Shown: positions 1-13,489, numbered from the stretch's first letter. The stretch is 64,000 nucleotides of DNA from Narcine bancroftii (GCF_036971445.1 NC_091470.1:181970001-182034000); one strand, 5' to 3'. Notes: generated from the letters alone by a model not told the origin. A program made the numbers and translations.

Positions 1-162
1 TTTTTCCACTTCCACACCTCCTCGACAAAGCGCTGGCGCCCCAGCTCATGTCGGCTCTTGCGTTCCTCACGCCACAGCCGCTTCTCCACCACCACCTGGG
101 TAGCAATGCCAGCATGGTCACAGCCGGGGTTCCACAGCGTCGTCTCCCCCCTCATGCGGTGC
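1..162 (-). CDS. VARS1: Valyl-tRNA synthetase coding exon 8 (continues beyond window start)
   Basis: Minus translation (W)[53 protein letters not shown] matches the ValRS catalytic domain; AG acceptor at 164-163; phase 2 matches the previous exon. Confidence 0.96.
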
Positions 163-259
163 CTGGCCAAGACAGAAACACCACCTTGTCAGAGCGTGCA
201 AGACCCTTTGCACGTGGTAGGTCACTTTTGACCATTCGAACATTCCGGTTTCATGAGCA

Positions 260-1270
260 AGTTAGCAGGAAAGTTGACGAAAGAAAGGCTGTGGCCTTTG
301 ACCAGGTTAGTCAGGCACTCGGTATTTGTGATGAGGTAGTAGATTCGAAATTCAGAAGCCAGAGAATAGTGGCAGTAGATGATCCCTTCTCAGACCGGAG
401 GCCTGTGACTACTGGTGTGCCCCAGGGATCGGTGCTGAGACTGTTGTTGATAATGTGGTAAATTGGATCAGCAAGTTTGCAGATAACACAAAGATGGGAG
501 AGATTGTGGGCAGAGACTGCAGAGGGATCTGAACCAGCTAGAAAAATGGACTGAAAAATGGCAGATGGAATTTAATGCAGACATGGGTGAGGTGTTGCAT
601 TTTGGAAGGGCAGACCAAGAAAGGACGTACACGGTAAATGGTCGGGCAGTGCAGTAGAACAGCGGGATTTGAGAATACAGATCAGGTTGTAAAGAGATTT
701 TTTGCCAAAATGGCCTTCAAAAATCAAAGAATTGACTATCAGTAAAGTTATGCTAAAGTTGTATAGGATATTGGTAGCTACTAAAACTGCACCTAACTAC
801 AGGAAGAATATCAATAAGATAGAAAGAGTGCAGAGATGATTTACTAGGATGTTGCCTGGACTTCAGGGACTGAGTTACAGGGAAAGGTTAAATAGGCTAG
901 GACTTTATTCCCTGGAGCATAGAAGAATGAGGGGAGATTTGATAAAGGCATGCAAAAGTGAGGGGGTCTGGACAGAGTAAATGAAGGCAGGCATTTTTCC
1001 ACTGAAGATGCAAACCAGAGGACATGGGTTATGGGTTAAAGGTGAAAGGTTTACATGGTTTGGGAGGGGGAACTTCAACAGTGAGCGGTGTGGGAGTGTG
1101 GAACGAGCTCCCAGATGAGGTGGTGAATGCGGGCTCAATTTTAACATTTAAGGAGAACTCGGACAGGTATGTGGACGGGAGGGGTTATGGACTTGGCGCA
1201 GGTCAGTGGGACTAATAGTTCAGCACAGTCGAGAAGGGCCTGTTTCTGTGCTGTAATATTCTATGGTTCG
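260..1270 (+). mobile_element. CR1-type LINE 3' fragment (degenerate)
   Basis: RT remnant GVPQGSVL; typical CR1 3' segments (tggcagatggaatttaatgcag, agaggacatgggtt, ctgtttctgtgctgta). Related fragments at about 4140-4670, 5390-5690, 6608-6915, 10520-10805, 16180-16650, 18975-19280 and 46604-46810. Confidence 0.8.
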
Positions 1271-2885
1271 AGGGAAAGACATAACCCCCCCCCCCCACTT
1301 CCCCCAGGGTCTCTTAGCAAAGGGATCGGCCAGTGAGGACATAGATCCCTTCACCCAAGGGGATCCTGCACCCAAGCCTCAGTCACCGAGCCAATGTGAA
1401 GCAGATCATTAGGTGGCACAATGGTTAGAGCAGCTGCCACGCATCCTCCAGTGGCCCTGGTTCTACCCCAGCCTCCAGTTTTGTTCGTGTCCGGCCTACA
1501 CCCTACTCCTAGTGACACCCTCTCCCTATCCCTGAGGTGTACAGGTCAGTGGGTCGAATGGCAACTAGGAATGATCCTTGTCCTGAGAGCTGGGAGGAAA
1601 ATTTTCAGATTTATTGTCAAACACATCACATACAACCCTGAAATCCTTTTTCCCGTGGGCCAGGCAGAATTATCACTTATTGGTAATGCAAAAAAACAAA
1701 TTGTACACAACATACACATGTAAACAAACTGACTGTGCAATACAGAGGGAATTTTTAAAAAATCAATAAAATGCAAAAGTAAGAATCCTTAAATGAGTCC
1801 CTGATTGAATTTGTTTTAAATTTAAACTCAGTGCACTGTTACACTGGATAAATTGCCCCTATGAGTCCGTGCCGCCCAATTTACACCCCATTAACCTACA
1901 CCCCCGGAACATTTTGAAGGGTGGGAGGAAACCGGAACCTCCAGAGAAAATCCACGCAGACATGAGGAGAACTCGCAAGTTCCTTTCAGACAGTGCAGGA
2001 TTCGAACCCGGGTCCGGTCCCAATCGCTGGCCCTGTAAAGGCGTGGCGCTGACCGCGACGCCAAGAGGAGTCTGACAGTTGGAGGGGTTCCTGAACCTGC
2101 GTCCCCCGTGGATGTTCTCGATGGCGGGGAGGGTTTGGCCCGTGATGTCCGGCGGTGAGGTAGCTGCAAAGTATTGGACCGGAGGTCTAAACACGAAAGT
2201 CTGTGGGCACTGAAGTAGAAACACAATGCTGAAGAGATTCAGCAGGTCAAATGGCCACGTATCTTTCTCTTTGCGATATAAAGTGCACAGATCGACCTGC
2301 TGAATTTCTCCAGCATCGTGTTTCCAAGTCTATATAGAGGATCGTGGATGGTCTCCCTTTTCTCCTGATGCCATTTACTGGGAGCACAGTATTTTCACTA
2401 CCATCAGGAAGGAGGTGCAGTAGCATCAAGATCAGGACGGGCTGGCTGGGAAAGAGCTTCTTCCCGCAGGCTGCGAGGTTACTGAATGGAATCCTGTAAC
2501 CAAGTAAATCATCCCAAATATTTATATATATTTTGATTATTTTTGTGATCTTTAGGCGTGCACCGTGGTCCGGAGAGACGCTGTTAGGTCTGGTTCTGTT
2601 GAACCATCAGACGATGACGAACTTCTGTCTTGATGGAGGGCTCACGCCTGAAAGGTTGGTCTTTGCTACATAAAGGGCACTGTTTGATCTGCTGAGATTC
2701 TCCAGCATCCACGGTGTCTACAGATTTGCATGTTTTAATTCTAACTTCTACCTTCAACCTGTTGCACCCTGGCCACAACGCTTGCTAATTCCCCAGAAAG
2801 TCCCCTGCCCCAGAGACGTACCCAACCCGGGGGAAAGGATTGACTGGATAATTGAGGGGGGGGAGGCGGGGGAAGGGGGAGTTAC

Positions 2886-3010
2886 CAGCGAGTGAGCGAG
2901 TCCTGGATGGCGTTGGTTAAGGCGTGGCCCAGGTGGAGCGAGCCGGTCACGTTCGGCGGGGGAATGCAGAGCATGAACTGGCCTCTTGGGTTGGGCTCAG
3001 AGATCCTGCG
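2886..3010 (-). CDS. VARS1: ValRS coding exon 7 with HIGH-type motif
   Basis: [41 protein letters not shown](W); cag acceptor, gtaac donor; 125 nt, phase 0 to 2. Confidence 0.97.
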
Positions 3011-3629
3011 CTGCGGGTGCCAAGAAAGAAAAGACCTCGCGTCAGCTGAATAACCGCCAACAATTTGCCCCCCCCACCCCCTGTCACCTGATGAGACATC
3101 CCACGAAATGCAATCGGCCCACGCAGTTAGAAAGAAAAAACTCCCGAGAAGGGGTTGGGGGGACGCATTATTTCATTCCAGAGTGGGGCCTGGTGGAAAC
3201 ACAGCTGCTCAGATCGGAACTTGGGAAGGACTGCTCCGAGGCCAAGGAAAGGGGAGGAGAAAGCACTGGTACGATGGGCTGAACGGGCAGCATGGACCCC
3301 ATGCAAAGGAACTGTGGCACACCGACCTTTGAGAATGTTTCCCCCCCCCCCCGCCCCCCCCCCAACCCCCCGCCAGTCTGCTCACACAACCTACATCAGG
3401 CCTGTTGTTGGAGACAACTTGTATGGTTGTGGACAGTCAGGTGGGGGTTGCCAGAGGGATATTGATAGGACGCAGAGCTGGGCTGAGAAGGAGTTAAACC
3501 CCCCCCCCACCAAAAAAAAATTGGAAATAAATCGCAGGCATCATATATCAAATAGCAGATACCGTTTCAACATACAGCCAACATTTGGATTAAATTTATG
3601 TATTAAAAAATATATATCTTAAAATTTAT

Positions 3630-3840
3630 ACATACAGCACGGTAACAGGCCATTTCGAATTCATGCCACCCAATTTACACCCGTCCGTTTCGACAGCAAG
3701 AGGAAACCGGAGCCCCCGGGGAAAACCCACGCAAGACATGGGAAGGACATGCAAAATCCTTACAGTCAGCGTGGGATTCGAACCCAGGTCCCAATTGCTG
3801 GTGCCGTAATGACGCGGCGCTAACCGCTACGCCAACCATG
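3630..3840 (-). mobile_element. tRNA-derived SINE
   Basis: Minus strand has A-box-like ggcgtagcggttagcgcc and B-box-like gggttcgaatccc, then the body cgggggctccggtttcct. Related copies at about 1860-2060, 7180-7370, 33020-33155, 34670-34870 and 50590-50780. Confidence 0.75.
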
Positions 3841-5865
3841 CTGCCTGTTGAAGGGTCTGGACTAAGAATAGGGTCATTCGACGGGCACGGTCTCAATGGC
3901 TGGAATTGGCTTCTACTGAGTTGAAAATGGGTCCGGCCCAGATGGCCAGCTTGGTCAGCAGCGATGAGTGGGGTCAAACATGGAAATCTGCAGCACGATG
4001 CAGGCTCTTCAGCCCCGCAGGGTTGTGCTGACCTAATAACCTGCTCTGCTAACTGCCTCTGTAGGACAAATTTGAAGGCCCAGGGTATAATGCTGACCAG
4101 TGTGAGATCACGGGGTCCGTGGGGCACTTAAAGCTGATGCGTAGATTGACAGAGCTGTAAAGAAAGCATGTGGTGTGTGGGCCTTCATTAACCGAGCTCA
4201 AAAGCCGCGAAGTAGTGTGGCAGCTATGGTCAGACCCCACTTGGAATATTGGCCCCCACCTCGTGACAGGGAAGATGGGGGATGCTGTTGAGAGAAGATT
4301 TACAAGGATGCTGCCCGGATTGGAGGATATGCCTCTCTAGGATATTAAGTGAACTCCATAGGGCCGCAGAGGACAAGAGGTGACCTGATGAGGGACGTTG
4401 ATCACGTGGACGGCCAGAGCTGAAATGGCTAACACGAGGGGCATTATTTTAAGGTGCTTGGGAGTAAGTACGGGGGGGGAATGCAAGAGGGAAGCTCTTC
4501 ACACAGAGCGCGGCGGGTGCGTGAAACGCGCCGTCAGCAACGGTGGTGGAGGCAAGGACAATAGATTCTTTCAAGACTGGAAAAAATGAAGGTAGCAGGG
4601 AAAATCCAGGCAGTTGTTAAGAGTAGGTGATTAGGCGAGCACAGCACCATGGGGCGAAGGGCCATTTATTTTAAAAAGCCATCTCGCACCAAGAATACTT
4701 TAAAGCATCAACAATATATTTTTCAAAATAAATGTAGGGTGGGGAAACACGTAACAATAATTTGGTCGCGCGTCTGAATGATGTAAATAGATGCTTCACG
4801 AAGTCGGAACAGAAACGGGAGCCTTATTCCCGTTCCGTGCTTTTTACACAGGCAGCGTCCCGGGAAAATGAGAACAATTTCCTGGAACGCAGCGGCCGTG
4901 TGAATAAACATTTATCTGTCTCCATTCTTCCAGATTCACGTTCACAGAGCCAACGCCCCCATCCGCCCAATCAATTCTCACCTTTCCTCTCTCTCTCTCG
5001 TCCAATGATGGCCTTTCGCCTGTGCTCGTCTCCCACCCCGCCCCCCCACCCCTTCTTCCCTGCTCCCGCCCCAGCCTTTTTATTCAGCCTGATGTTGGCT
5101 CATACCTTGAGCGGGTCTCAGGCTTGAAACCTTTTATTTTAACCTCCCACGGACACCGCCGAGTTCCTCCCACATTTCCGTTTCCCCGCGACAGTCACAG
5201 CCTCCACAGGCTTTCAATTGTCCCTCATGACGCTGGCCTCTCCTCACACTTGCGCTCACCGACAAAGAGCTCCAGCCCGAGTCCCTGACCGTTCCTACCC
5301 TAGCACCACACTATCACGGCGCCAGTAGCCCGGGTTCGAAACCAGCACTGCTGGCAAGGAGCCTTTTCCCAACAGGTGCTCTGGTTCTCTTGATGGGTAA
5401 ATCGAGGACAAGGGGTCACAGACTTAAGATTAGAAGTTATCCAATTAAAACGGAGGAGGAGGAAGAACTTCTTCAGTTAGAGGGTCGTGGATCTGTGGAA
5501 CTCCCTGTCACACAGAGCAGTGGAGGCCGGATCACTGGGAGTATTTAAACAGGAAATGGACGAGTATCTCATTAGTCAGGGTATCAAGGGTTATGGGGAA
5601 TTGGAACTAGGTGTGAGCATAGTGGAGTTACGGAACAGACACGGTGAGCCTAGTGGCCTACCTCTGTTCCTTTATCTTGTGATCTTGTACGGGGAAGGGG
5701 GGGTTAGTGGGTTAATCGGTCACATGGGCATGTTTGGGCGGCGCGCATTACCTGGCGGTGTCTCTGAATTTAAAAAGCTGGCTTCCAGCACTTGCAGGGT
5801 AGGCAGCTTGACAGCTGACGCAGATGAGGCGGATCACAAGGACCACAGTACATCCTCCAGCTTAC

Positions 5866-5966
5866 CCCATACTCAGGTTTGAAGAATCCTTGCTTCTCCC
5901 ACCAGGAGTACCAGGCCGCTTCGACGTACTGCGGGCTGTAGGAGTCTGGCATCGGGCAGGTCACAT
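5866..5966 (-). CDS. VARS1: ValRS coding exon 6
   Basis: (D)[33 protein letters not shown]; tag acceptor, gtaag donor; 101 nt, phase 1 to 0. Confidence 0.97.
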
Positions 5967-6084
5967 CTACGGTGCAGAGGTAACAGCTCATTAGGGGGAG
6001 GGGGCGCACGTGCTCCAACCCTGCCCACAGCCGCTGGCAACCGGGCCACGCTCACCGCATCAGGCAGCGCCCGTGGTGGAAGCC

Positions 6085-6210
6085 CAGTGACCCCCCACCC
6101 CCTGTCCAGAGCTGCAACCTCCCCTCCCCCCGTCCAGAGAGACCATCCCTCCCCTCGACCAGAGAGGCCAAACCCCCTGGCCAGAGCTGCCACCCCTCCA
6201 TCCAGGATTC
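6085..6210. repeat. Degenerate ~25-bp minisatellite (cccc...ccagagNgcca)
   Basis: About five imperfect units seen directly upstream of the exon 6 acceptor. Confidence 0.6.
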
Positions 6211-7438
6211 CACACCTGGGGGGGGGGGGTGGTTTCTGAACTTTATCGGCTGCCACCCCTTTGGCCTCCAGGCCACATCCTGAACACCCCCACTATACAA
6301 CGGTGCTGGTGGGGGGGGGGGGTGTTATTGACAGCACTGATCAAGGTGGGGGTGGCTCTGGGAGGGGGTGGCAGCAGTGCTGGGGGGCTGGGATGTTGTC
6401 AGCGCTGAGTAGGGGGGGTAGTGATGCCAGTACAACATGGTGGCCACTGTGACCAGCTCTTGTGAGAACGCCTATTTTGTTCACTAAGGCCACCCAAAGT
6501 CTGGCCAGGAAATTACTGCACTGGCTTCTTCATTAACCCTTGCAGCTGACTGAATAATAACAAGAGCAACGGTTCCCTCACCGCCCCCTTGGATCTTTCC
6601 ACTACCACTAGTCCAGGACAAGAGTGCATAACTTCAAGAATGAAGGGTGTTCGCTTAGAGCGGAGTTGCAGAGAGATTTCTTCAGCCGGAAGGTGGTGAA
6701 TCTGTGGAATTTGTTGCCACGGGCGGTTGTGGAGGCCAGGTCATTGGGTGTATTTAAGGCAGAGATTGATAGCATTAGCGGAGGAATCAAAGGTTATGGG
6801 GAGGAGGCCGGGTAGTGAGGCTGAGTTGGGGGAAAATGGATCAGCTCATAATAAATGGCGGGGCAGACTCAAAGGGCTGAATGGTCTATTTCTGCTCCTA
6901 TGTCTGATGGTCTTTTGGATTCAAACCTGTGTGGCATTGCGCCAACCACAGTGCCCTCGTTGACTGGAACGGCGGGCGAGCCCCGCGTTTAACCTCTCAC
7001 CGGAGAGTGGCATCTTCATCCCCCTGCCCCCCCCCCACCCCGATGCAAGACCCGAGCTTGCTTGGAAGCGCTACGAGCCAGTGACGCTGCGCTCGTGAAG
7101 GCAGTGCAGAATTTCGACAGGGCGAGGTGGCGGTGTTTGGAGAGGGGAAGACACCGCACTAATCCCTGAACACCGGCTGCGCGGTTAACGCAATGCTATT
7201 GCAGTGCAAGCGATCCAGGTTCAAAACCGTCCACGTAAGGAGACTGTGCCCATGGGTTTCCTCTGGATGCCCTGGTTGCCTCCCACCCTCCAGACGCACG
7301 TAGGTTAATTGGAGTATTTGAGAGGCACGGGGTTGTGGGCCGGAAGGGCCTGTTACTGTACTGTAGATCTACATTTAAATTGACCATCACCGCTCCTCAC
7401 TGCCCAGGAACCAGATACAACGTTTCCACATGCCTCAC

Positions 7439-7523
7439 CTTTCTTCTCTCCGGGGGGGGTTGCAATATCATATGTTATCACTCCCAACTCTTTTTTTTCT
7501 TTCTTGTCGTCTTTGGCCTTCTT
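7439..7523 (-). CDS. VARS1: ValRS coding exon 5
   Basis: KKAKDDKKEKKELGVITYDIATPPGEKK; cag acceptor, gtgag donor; 85 nt, phase 0 to 1. Confidence 0.95.
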
Positions 7524-7767
7524 CTGGGAAATAAATGGAAATAAAATTTGCACCTCGGTGTGAGATCCAGTTAAACGGGGCAAAGGGTCTCTCCCTGGAG
7601 CGTCAACGGTTTCCCCCCTTCAACGAGAGCTGAGCGCTTCCCAACACTTCCGACTTTCAGCCAGGATACAAATCTCAGCAATGCAGCTGGGGAATTTACT
7701 TTCAACCAACTTAAATGTTGTGTGAAGATGAATATTTTTCCTACAATACAATACCCATGACGGATTA

Positions 7768-9330
7768 TGTTATATTTTATATTGTACATAGATATGTTTT
7801 AACAATGGCAATGGCATTCTCCATTAACAATGGCGTGAAGCAAGGCTGTGTTCTCGCACCAACCCTCTTTTCAATCTTCTTCAGCATGATGCTGAACCAA
7901 GCCATGAAAGACCCCAACAATGAAGACGCTGTTTACATTCGGTACCGCACGGATGGCAGTCTCTTCAATCTGAGGCGCCTGCAAGCTCACACCAAGACAC
8001 AAGAGAAATTTGTCCGTGAACTACTCTTTGCAGATGATGCCGCTTTAGTTGCCCATTCAGAGCCAGCTCTTCAGCGTTTGACGTCCTGCTTTGCGGAAAC
8101 TGCCAAAATGTTTGGCCTGGAAGTCAGCCTGAAGAAAACTGAGGTCCTCCATCAGCCAGCTCCCCACCATGACTACCAGCCCCCCCACATCTCCATCGGG
8201 CACACAAAACTCAAAACGGTCAACCAGTTTACCTATCTCGGCTGCACCATTTCATCAGATGCAAGGATCGACAATGAGATAGACAACAGACTCGCCAAGG
8301 CAAATAGCGCCTTTGGAAGACTACACAAAAGAGTCTGGAAAAACAACCAACTGAAAAACCTCACAAAGATAAGCGTATACAGAGCCGTTGTCATACCCAC
8401 ACTCCTGTTTGGCTCCGAATCATGGGTCCTCTACCGGCACCACCTACGGCTCCTAGAACGCTTCCACCAGCGTTGTCTCCGCTCCATCCTCAACATCCAT
8501 TGGAGCGCTAACACCCCTAACGTCGAGGTACTCGAGATGGCAGAGGTCGACAGCATCGAGTCCACGCTGCTGAAGATCCAGCTGCGCTGGATGGGTCACG
8601 TCTCCAGAATGGAGGACCATCGCCTTCCCAAGATCGTATTATATGGCGAGCTCTCCACTGGCCACCGTGACAGAGGTGCACCAAAGAAAAGGTACAAGGA
8701 CTGCCTAAAGAAATCTCTTGGTGCCTGCCACATTGACCACTGCCAGTGGGCTGATAACGCCTCAAACCGTGCATCTTGGCGCCTCACAGTTTGGCGGGCA
8801 GCAGCCTCCTTTGAAGAAGACCGCAGAGCCCACCTCACTGACAAAAGGCAAAGGAGGAAAAACCCAACACCCAACCCCAACCAACCAATTTTCCCTTGCA
8901 ACCGCTGCAATCGTGTCTGCCTGTCCCGCATCGGACTGGTCAGCCACAAACGAGCCTGCAGCTGACGTGGACTTTTTTACACCCTCCATAAATCTTCGTC
9001 CGCGAAGCCAAGCCAAAGAAGAAGAGATATGTTTTAAAGGAGATAAATTGTGACAGGCTTTTTAGTGTAGGACACATACAACACTTCAAAACAGATCTCA
9101 TTTAAAATGCCAGAGCTCTGCTCAAGCCAGACAGTCCAGGCTCTGGTTGCCTTTGCAAAAACTTTATAGAATGCCTACAAGGACTTCACAAGTAGGTGTT
9201 AATTGGACGTGCTATGGAGTAAGGGATTATTGTTTTGGAAAGCAACAGACGAACTCGGAAGATTGGGTCCGGAGCCGCAGTCTGTCTGAGTGCAGTTGGC
9301 AGTTCTTAGAGGATCGTGTGGTTTTCTCTG

Positions 9331-9380
<50 letters not shown>

Positions 9381-9878
9381 GTTCTACAGTTCAGTAGCAG
9401 CAGCTGGGACTGGAACAGGACAAGCTGGCAAGCTTGTGGAAAAACCCCATTTTGAAGATGTTAGGAATTCTGAGTTCAGCCTGTTCAAAGCCCTTGTGGT
9501 CCATACAAGAGGAGAGGACTGGCTGCCTAATGTTTCACGGAATAAGGGAAACAAAAAGGCCCCCTGTGATGACCTGAAAAAAAGAAGTTATCATCTGGAG
9601 AACCCTGATGGGGCAAGTTTCCTCGGCAACACACTGATGTGGCTGATCAGAAGGAATCAGTTGTGGGTGTCCAACGAGCAACAAATCTCGTTCTGAAAAC
9701 CGACAAGAACCTTCCTGAGCAGTAACCATTTACCTTTCAAGCACCAAAGCCTGGTGAACTTCATCAATGTTAAATTCTGTGTACAGTATAAGAATTTCCC
9801 AATACCGGTGAACTTGGGAGGAGTGAGAAGTGAGATTGGACTGTGAATCAAAGAACTTTTCTGAACTTACACACACAT
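7768..9878 (+). mobile_element. Partial solo-LTR-like element interrupted by an RTE LINE; contains (GA)n at about 9333-9374
   Basis: Homologous to the reverse complements of 28730-29725 and 31173-32128 (gcaagcttgtggaaaaaccccattt, aagaaccttcctgagc); starts TG. Confidence 0.7.
7803..9024 (+). mobile_element. 5'-truncated RTE-clade LINE with uninterrupted RT C-terminal ORF
   Basis: GVKQGCVLAPTLF, LFADD, C-terminal C2H2-like CNRC...H; (GAA)n tail; 13-bp TSD AGATATGTTTTAA at 7790-7802 and 9025-9037. Confidence 0.95.
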
Positions 9879-10011
9879 GCTCCTTCCCCCCCAACTCCTC
9901 TCCTCGTTTTAGTCCCCCCACCTCCTCTTTCCATGGCTGCTTCCCCACCCATCCTCCTCTCCTATTTCCACCCCGCCGCTCCCACTTCCCGTTCCAGTCC
10001 CCGCCACCCAC

Positions 10012-10190
10012 CTCGGGCTGTTTCTGCTGCTGCTCCTTCATCTTCTTCTGCAGGAACCTCTCCATCTTCTCCTTCTTCAGTGCCTCCTTCTTCAGCTGGG
10101 CTGCCGACTTCTTCACTGGCTCCGCCCCACTGCCAGCCGCATCCTCCGGGTGCGCCTCACCCGGCTCCGCCCCGACTGCCTCCAGCTGCC
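10012..10190 (-). CDS. VARS1: ValRS coding exon 4 (linker and Lys-rich helix)
   Basis: (G)QLEAVGAEPGEAHPEDAAGSGAEPVKKSAAQLKKEALKKEKMERFLQKKMKEQQQKQPE, cf. mammalian TAAQLKKEAKKREKLEKF; 179 nt, phase 1 to 0. Confidence 0.92.
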
Positions 10191-12898
10191 CTATGGCGGA
10201 GAGGGGACAGGACCATCTGACACAACCACCAACACCAACCTCCCGGAGCGGCTGCCTCTCCCCTTTCCCAACCAAGTTCTCTGGGTAGACAATTCACCTC
10301 CTCGCAGCACCTGAGTACGCCCCCTCCGCCCCCGGGATTCGACCCCCTGCCTGTGCGGAGTTTGCACGCTCTACCTGCACACTCCGGTTTCCTCCCATGT
10401 CTCAAACAGGCGGGTTTATTGACCACAGTAAATAGCCACTGTGTGTGGATTGGAGGTGGGATCTAGTGGAGGTGGGGGTGGAGGGGGTGGTGAAAGAAGG
10501 CATTTCTGAGGGAAAATTGATGGGAACCAGAAACAGGCCCTTCAGTCCATCTAGTCCACGCCGAACTATTATTCCGCCACGTCCCACTGACCTGTACCCG
10601 GACCATCTCCCAATTCCCTTCCCATCTGTGTGCCTGTCCAAATTCTTAAATGTTAAAATTGAGCCCACATTCACTACTCCACTCCACTCTATGCATGAAG
10701 AAACTCCCCCACACCCCCATGCTCCCCCTAAACCTCTCCCCTTTCACCCTTAACCCAAGTCCTCTGGTTTGCATCTTACCCACCCTCAGTGGGAAAAGCC
10801 CACCTACGTGTAGAAGTGAGAATAAAATTTCCACTCCTGTAGAATTAGTTTAAATGTGTCGGTCGACCTGCTCCAGAGAGGGGTTAATGGCAAGGGGGGA
10901 GGGCGGACCGCCCATTGCAGTTTGGTGGGGTGGGGGGAAGGGGATGGAGGCGGGGTGGAAAAGAGAGACCTGCTGTCCAGTTGAAACCCTACCCCCTCAA
11001 TTTGACTCCTCCCAATGTCCTAGAGAAACTCAGCAGGTCACACAGGGTCATAACTGTGTCCAAAATAATTGAGCTGTACACGTAGCTGAGGAATCTAACT
11101 CCCATTCTGAGTTTATTGAGAGAATTAACGACAGACACAGTCTCATCAAACCACACCCGAACTCTCCTTTTCCAAAAATAAATGGAGTGAGCTATTTATA
11201 GAAATTTACCCAAGCACAAGACAGTCTCGTGAGCCATTCAGTTGATTGATGGCTCCAGCAGCAACTGGGTCACTCTGAACAGGGCATCCTAGCTCACAGC
11301 ACCCAAAGTAAAAGCATTTCGGGCCTGAGCCCTTCGTCAAGGTGCGAGCAAATCAGGGTGGAGGAGAGGAGGGAGGAAAGCGCGGGGTAGGAGGAGAAGC
11401 CTACAGGTGGATCGACTTGCATCAGGCTACAGGCTGCTGGAGACGGGCTCACAAGACCCGGGTGCCGGAGCTGGGATTTGAGAGGGCGCTGAGGGGCTCA
11501 GGGTGCTGAAGGGCTTCCTCATCACGCCGGAGGATTGGATCTGGACCCCAGGTGGCCGATGGATCGGACGGGAGCCTGGGCGGCTGCGGGAGGGCTGGAG
11601 GCAGATGCACAGACACTCAGCGACTGTGAGGGGACTCTCTGCCTGTAAGGGCCACCAGGCAATGCTAATGGCGAATCTTCGTTTGCCCTTATGGCAGAAT
11701 AAAGGTAATTTTGTGTAATATTACATTACTGTTTTATTACATGACATTAAATAGTATCTATCTTAAACAGCAGTGTCGGCGCTGCACAATTACTCAGCAA
11801 AAGGAGGTGTCAGGCATTCCTAGCCAACAGGTCACCCTTGGGCAAAGGTACAGTACCTGTTTAGCCTCCCAGTTGGGGTCACATAGACTGCAGATGGTGG
11901 ATGGTTTCTACAAATTGGAATTTATGGCTGTAAACGCTGGGCAGATGAATCTGCTGATCAGTGGCCAGAACGAACGCTGCAACTGAAGGCGGCAACGGGA
12001 AACCCCTTCAGTATTTTTTCCCCCTTGTACAATCAGGAGCTCAACATTGACGGCGGTCTCAGGTCAAAGGCAGAGCCTTCGACGAAGGAGAACGGGGGGA
12101 GGCAATTCCGGAGGGTCAGAGATCGTGGCGGAGGGAGAGACGTGGTCGCCCGCGCCAAACGGCAAGGCCCCTGGATGATGGCGATCTGTCAATAGTTGGG
12201 TGCGAAGAAGAGAAAGGAGCAGAGAAGATGGTCTGCTAGAAAGAGGAAGGGGGGTTGGGGAGAGACGGATAGAGTGAGACACTCAGGAGAGAGGGAGGGG
12301 CAAATGGAGGTCAATGTTAATGTGGTCTGGTTGGGGAGCGCCTGGGTGGAATACAAGCTGTTTGGAGAGGGGGGAGGGTGGAACATGTCCTCTTTCAGCC
12401 CTTCCCCAACCTTTTCACTCAGACACCTGCTTGTTCTTCCTGACACCTCAACATTGGTCCCAACACTCAGGACAAGAAAAAGCTCCAGAGTTGTTAACTC
12501 AGCCTGCGACATCACCAGAACCAAACTTCACTCCATCGAGGACATCTACATGAGGGGGGGTGTCTTAAAAAAAAGCAGGCTCTGTCCTCAAGGACCCCCA
12601 CCACCCAGGCCGTGCCCTCTTCACTCTGCGACCATCAGGGGAAAAAGTCCAGGAGCCTGTAGACGAGCACTCAGCGGCATAAGGATGGCTTCTTACCCTC
12701 TGCCATCAGATTCCTGAACGATCAATGAACCAAAGACATTGGTTTGCTTTGACTTTATGTGCACTTGTTAAAAATATAAGCCCCGATTTCTCAAGGGCGC
12801 TGCGTGACCTGCTGAGTTTCTCCGGCCTTTTTGTGTGTTGCGCTTGACCCCTCCCCAGCGCCCCCAACCATTCTCTGCTCAACTCCCAATGTTCTCAC

Positions 12899-13043
12899 CT
12901 GGGCCTTGCTCCCTGCTCAAGGGTGCCATCTCCTGGCACAGCCTAACCTCTCCGAGAGCCCTCTTAAACTCAGGCTGGTTCACACAGGTCATGAACCAGC
13001 GGTTGACATTGACGTAGGGCTTTCTGAAGTCGGGCTCAAAGAC
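12899..13043 (-). CDS. VARS1: ValRS coding exon 3 (GST-like domain, C-terminal part)
   Basis: [48 protein letters not shown]; cag acceptor, gtgag donor; 145 nt, phase 0 to 1. Confidence 0.94.
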
Positions 13044-13105
13044 CTGCGGGGGAGGGGGGGGGAAAATACACGTGAGCTTTAAGCAGAGAAGCCATTAGTT
13101 TATCC

Positions 13106-13355
13106 CAGTGGTTCTCAACCGTTTTCTTTCCACTCACACACCACTTTAAGTAATCTCTATGCCATCGGTGCTCTGTGATTAGTAAGGGATTGCTTAAGGT
13201 GGGATGTGAGTGGGAAGGAAAGGTCTAAACCCAATTGTTAATGAAATACTTTGCTTGAGAAAAAAATGTCATTAGCCCATTTCTTTTGGTCTGAAACTGT
13301 GCACATAACGAGTCAATGAGGGACAATTAAAACAGTGGTTGTCAAACTTTTGTCT
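13106..13355. mobile_element. hAT/Charlie-like MITE
   Basis: Terminus CAGTGGTTCTCAACC and internal gcttaaggtgggatgtgagtggg. Related copies at about 36458-36780, 41755-41984, 42031-42164 and 42970-43385. Confidence 0.65.
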
Positions 13356-13489
13356 TTTAAATGGTGTATTCTTAATACAGGTGTACTAATTCGGTCTTGG
13401 AAGAGCGAGTCTCTGGAAAATTTGCATATCCGACATCTGCGATCCCTGCAGGTACTGGATAATGGGGATTCTACTGTGTTCAGTAATAA

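Noticed and set aside
7715-8965. 416-aa host gene
   Set aside because: It is a truncated RTE reverse transcriptase; the N-terminal residues come from flanking DNA
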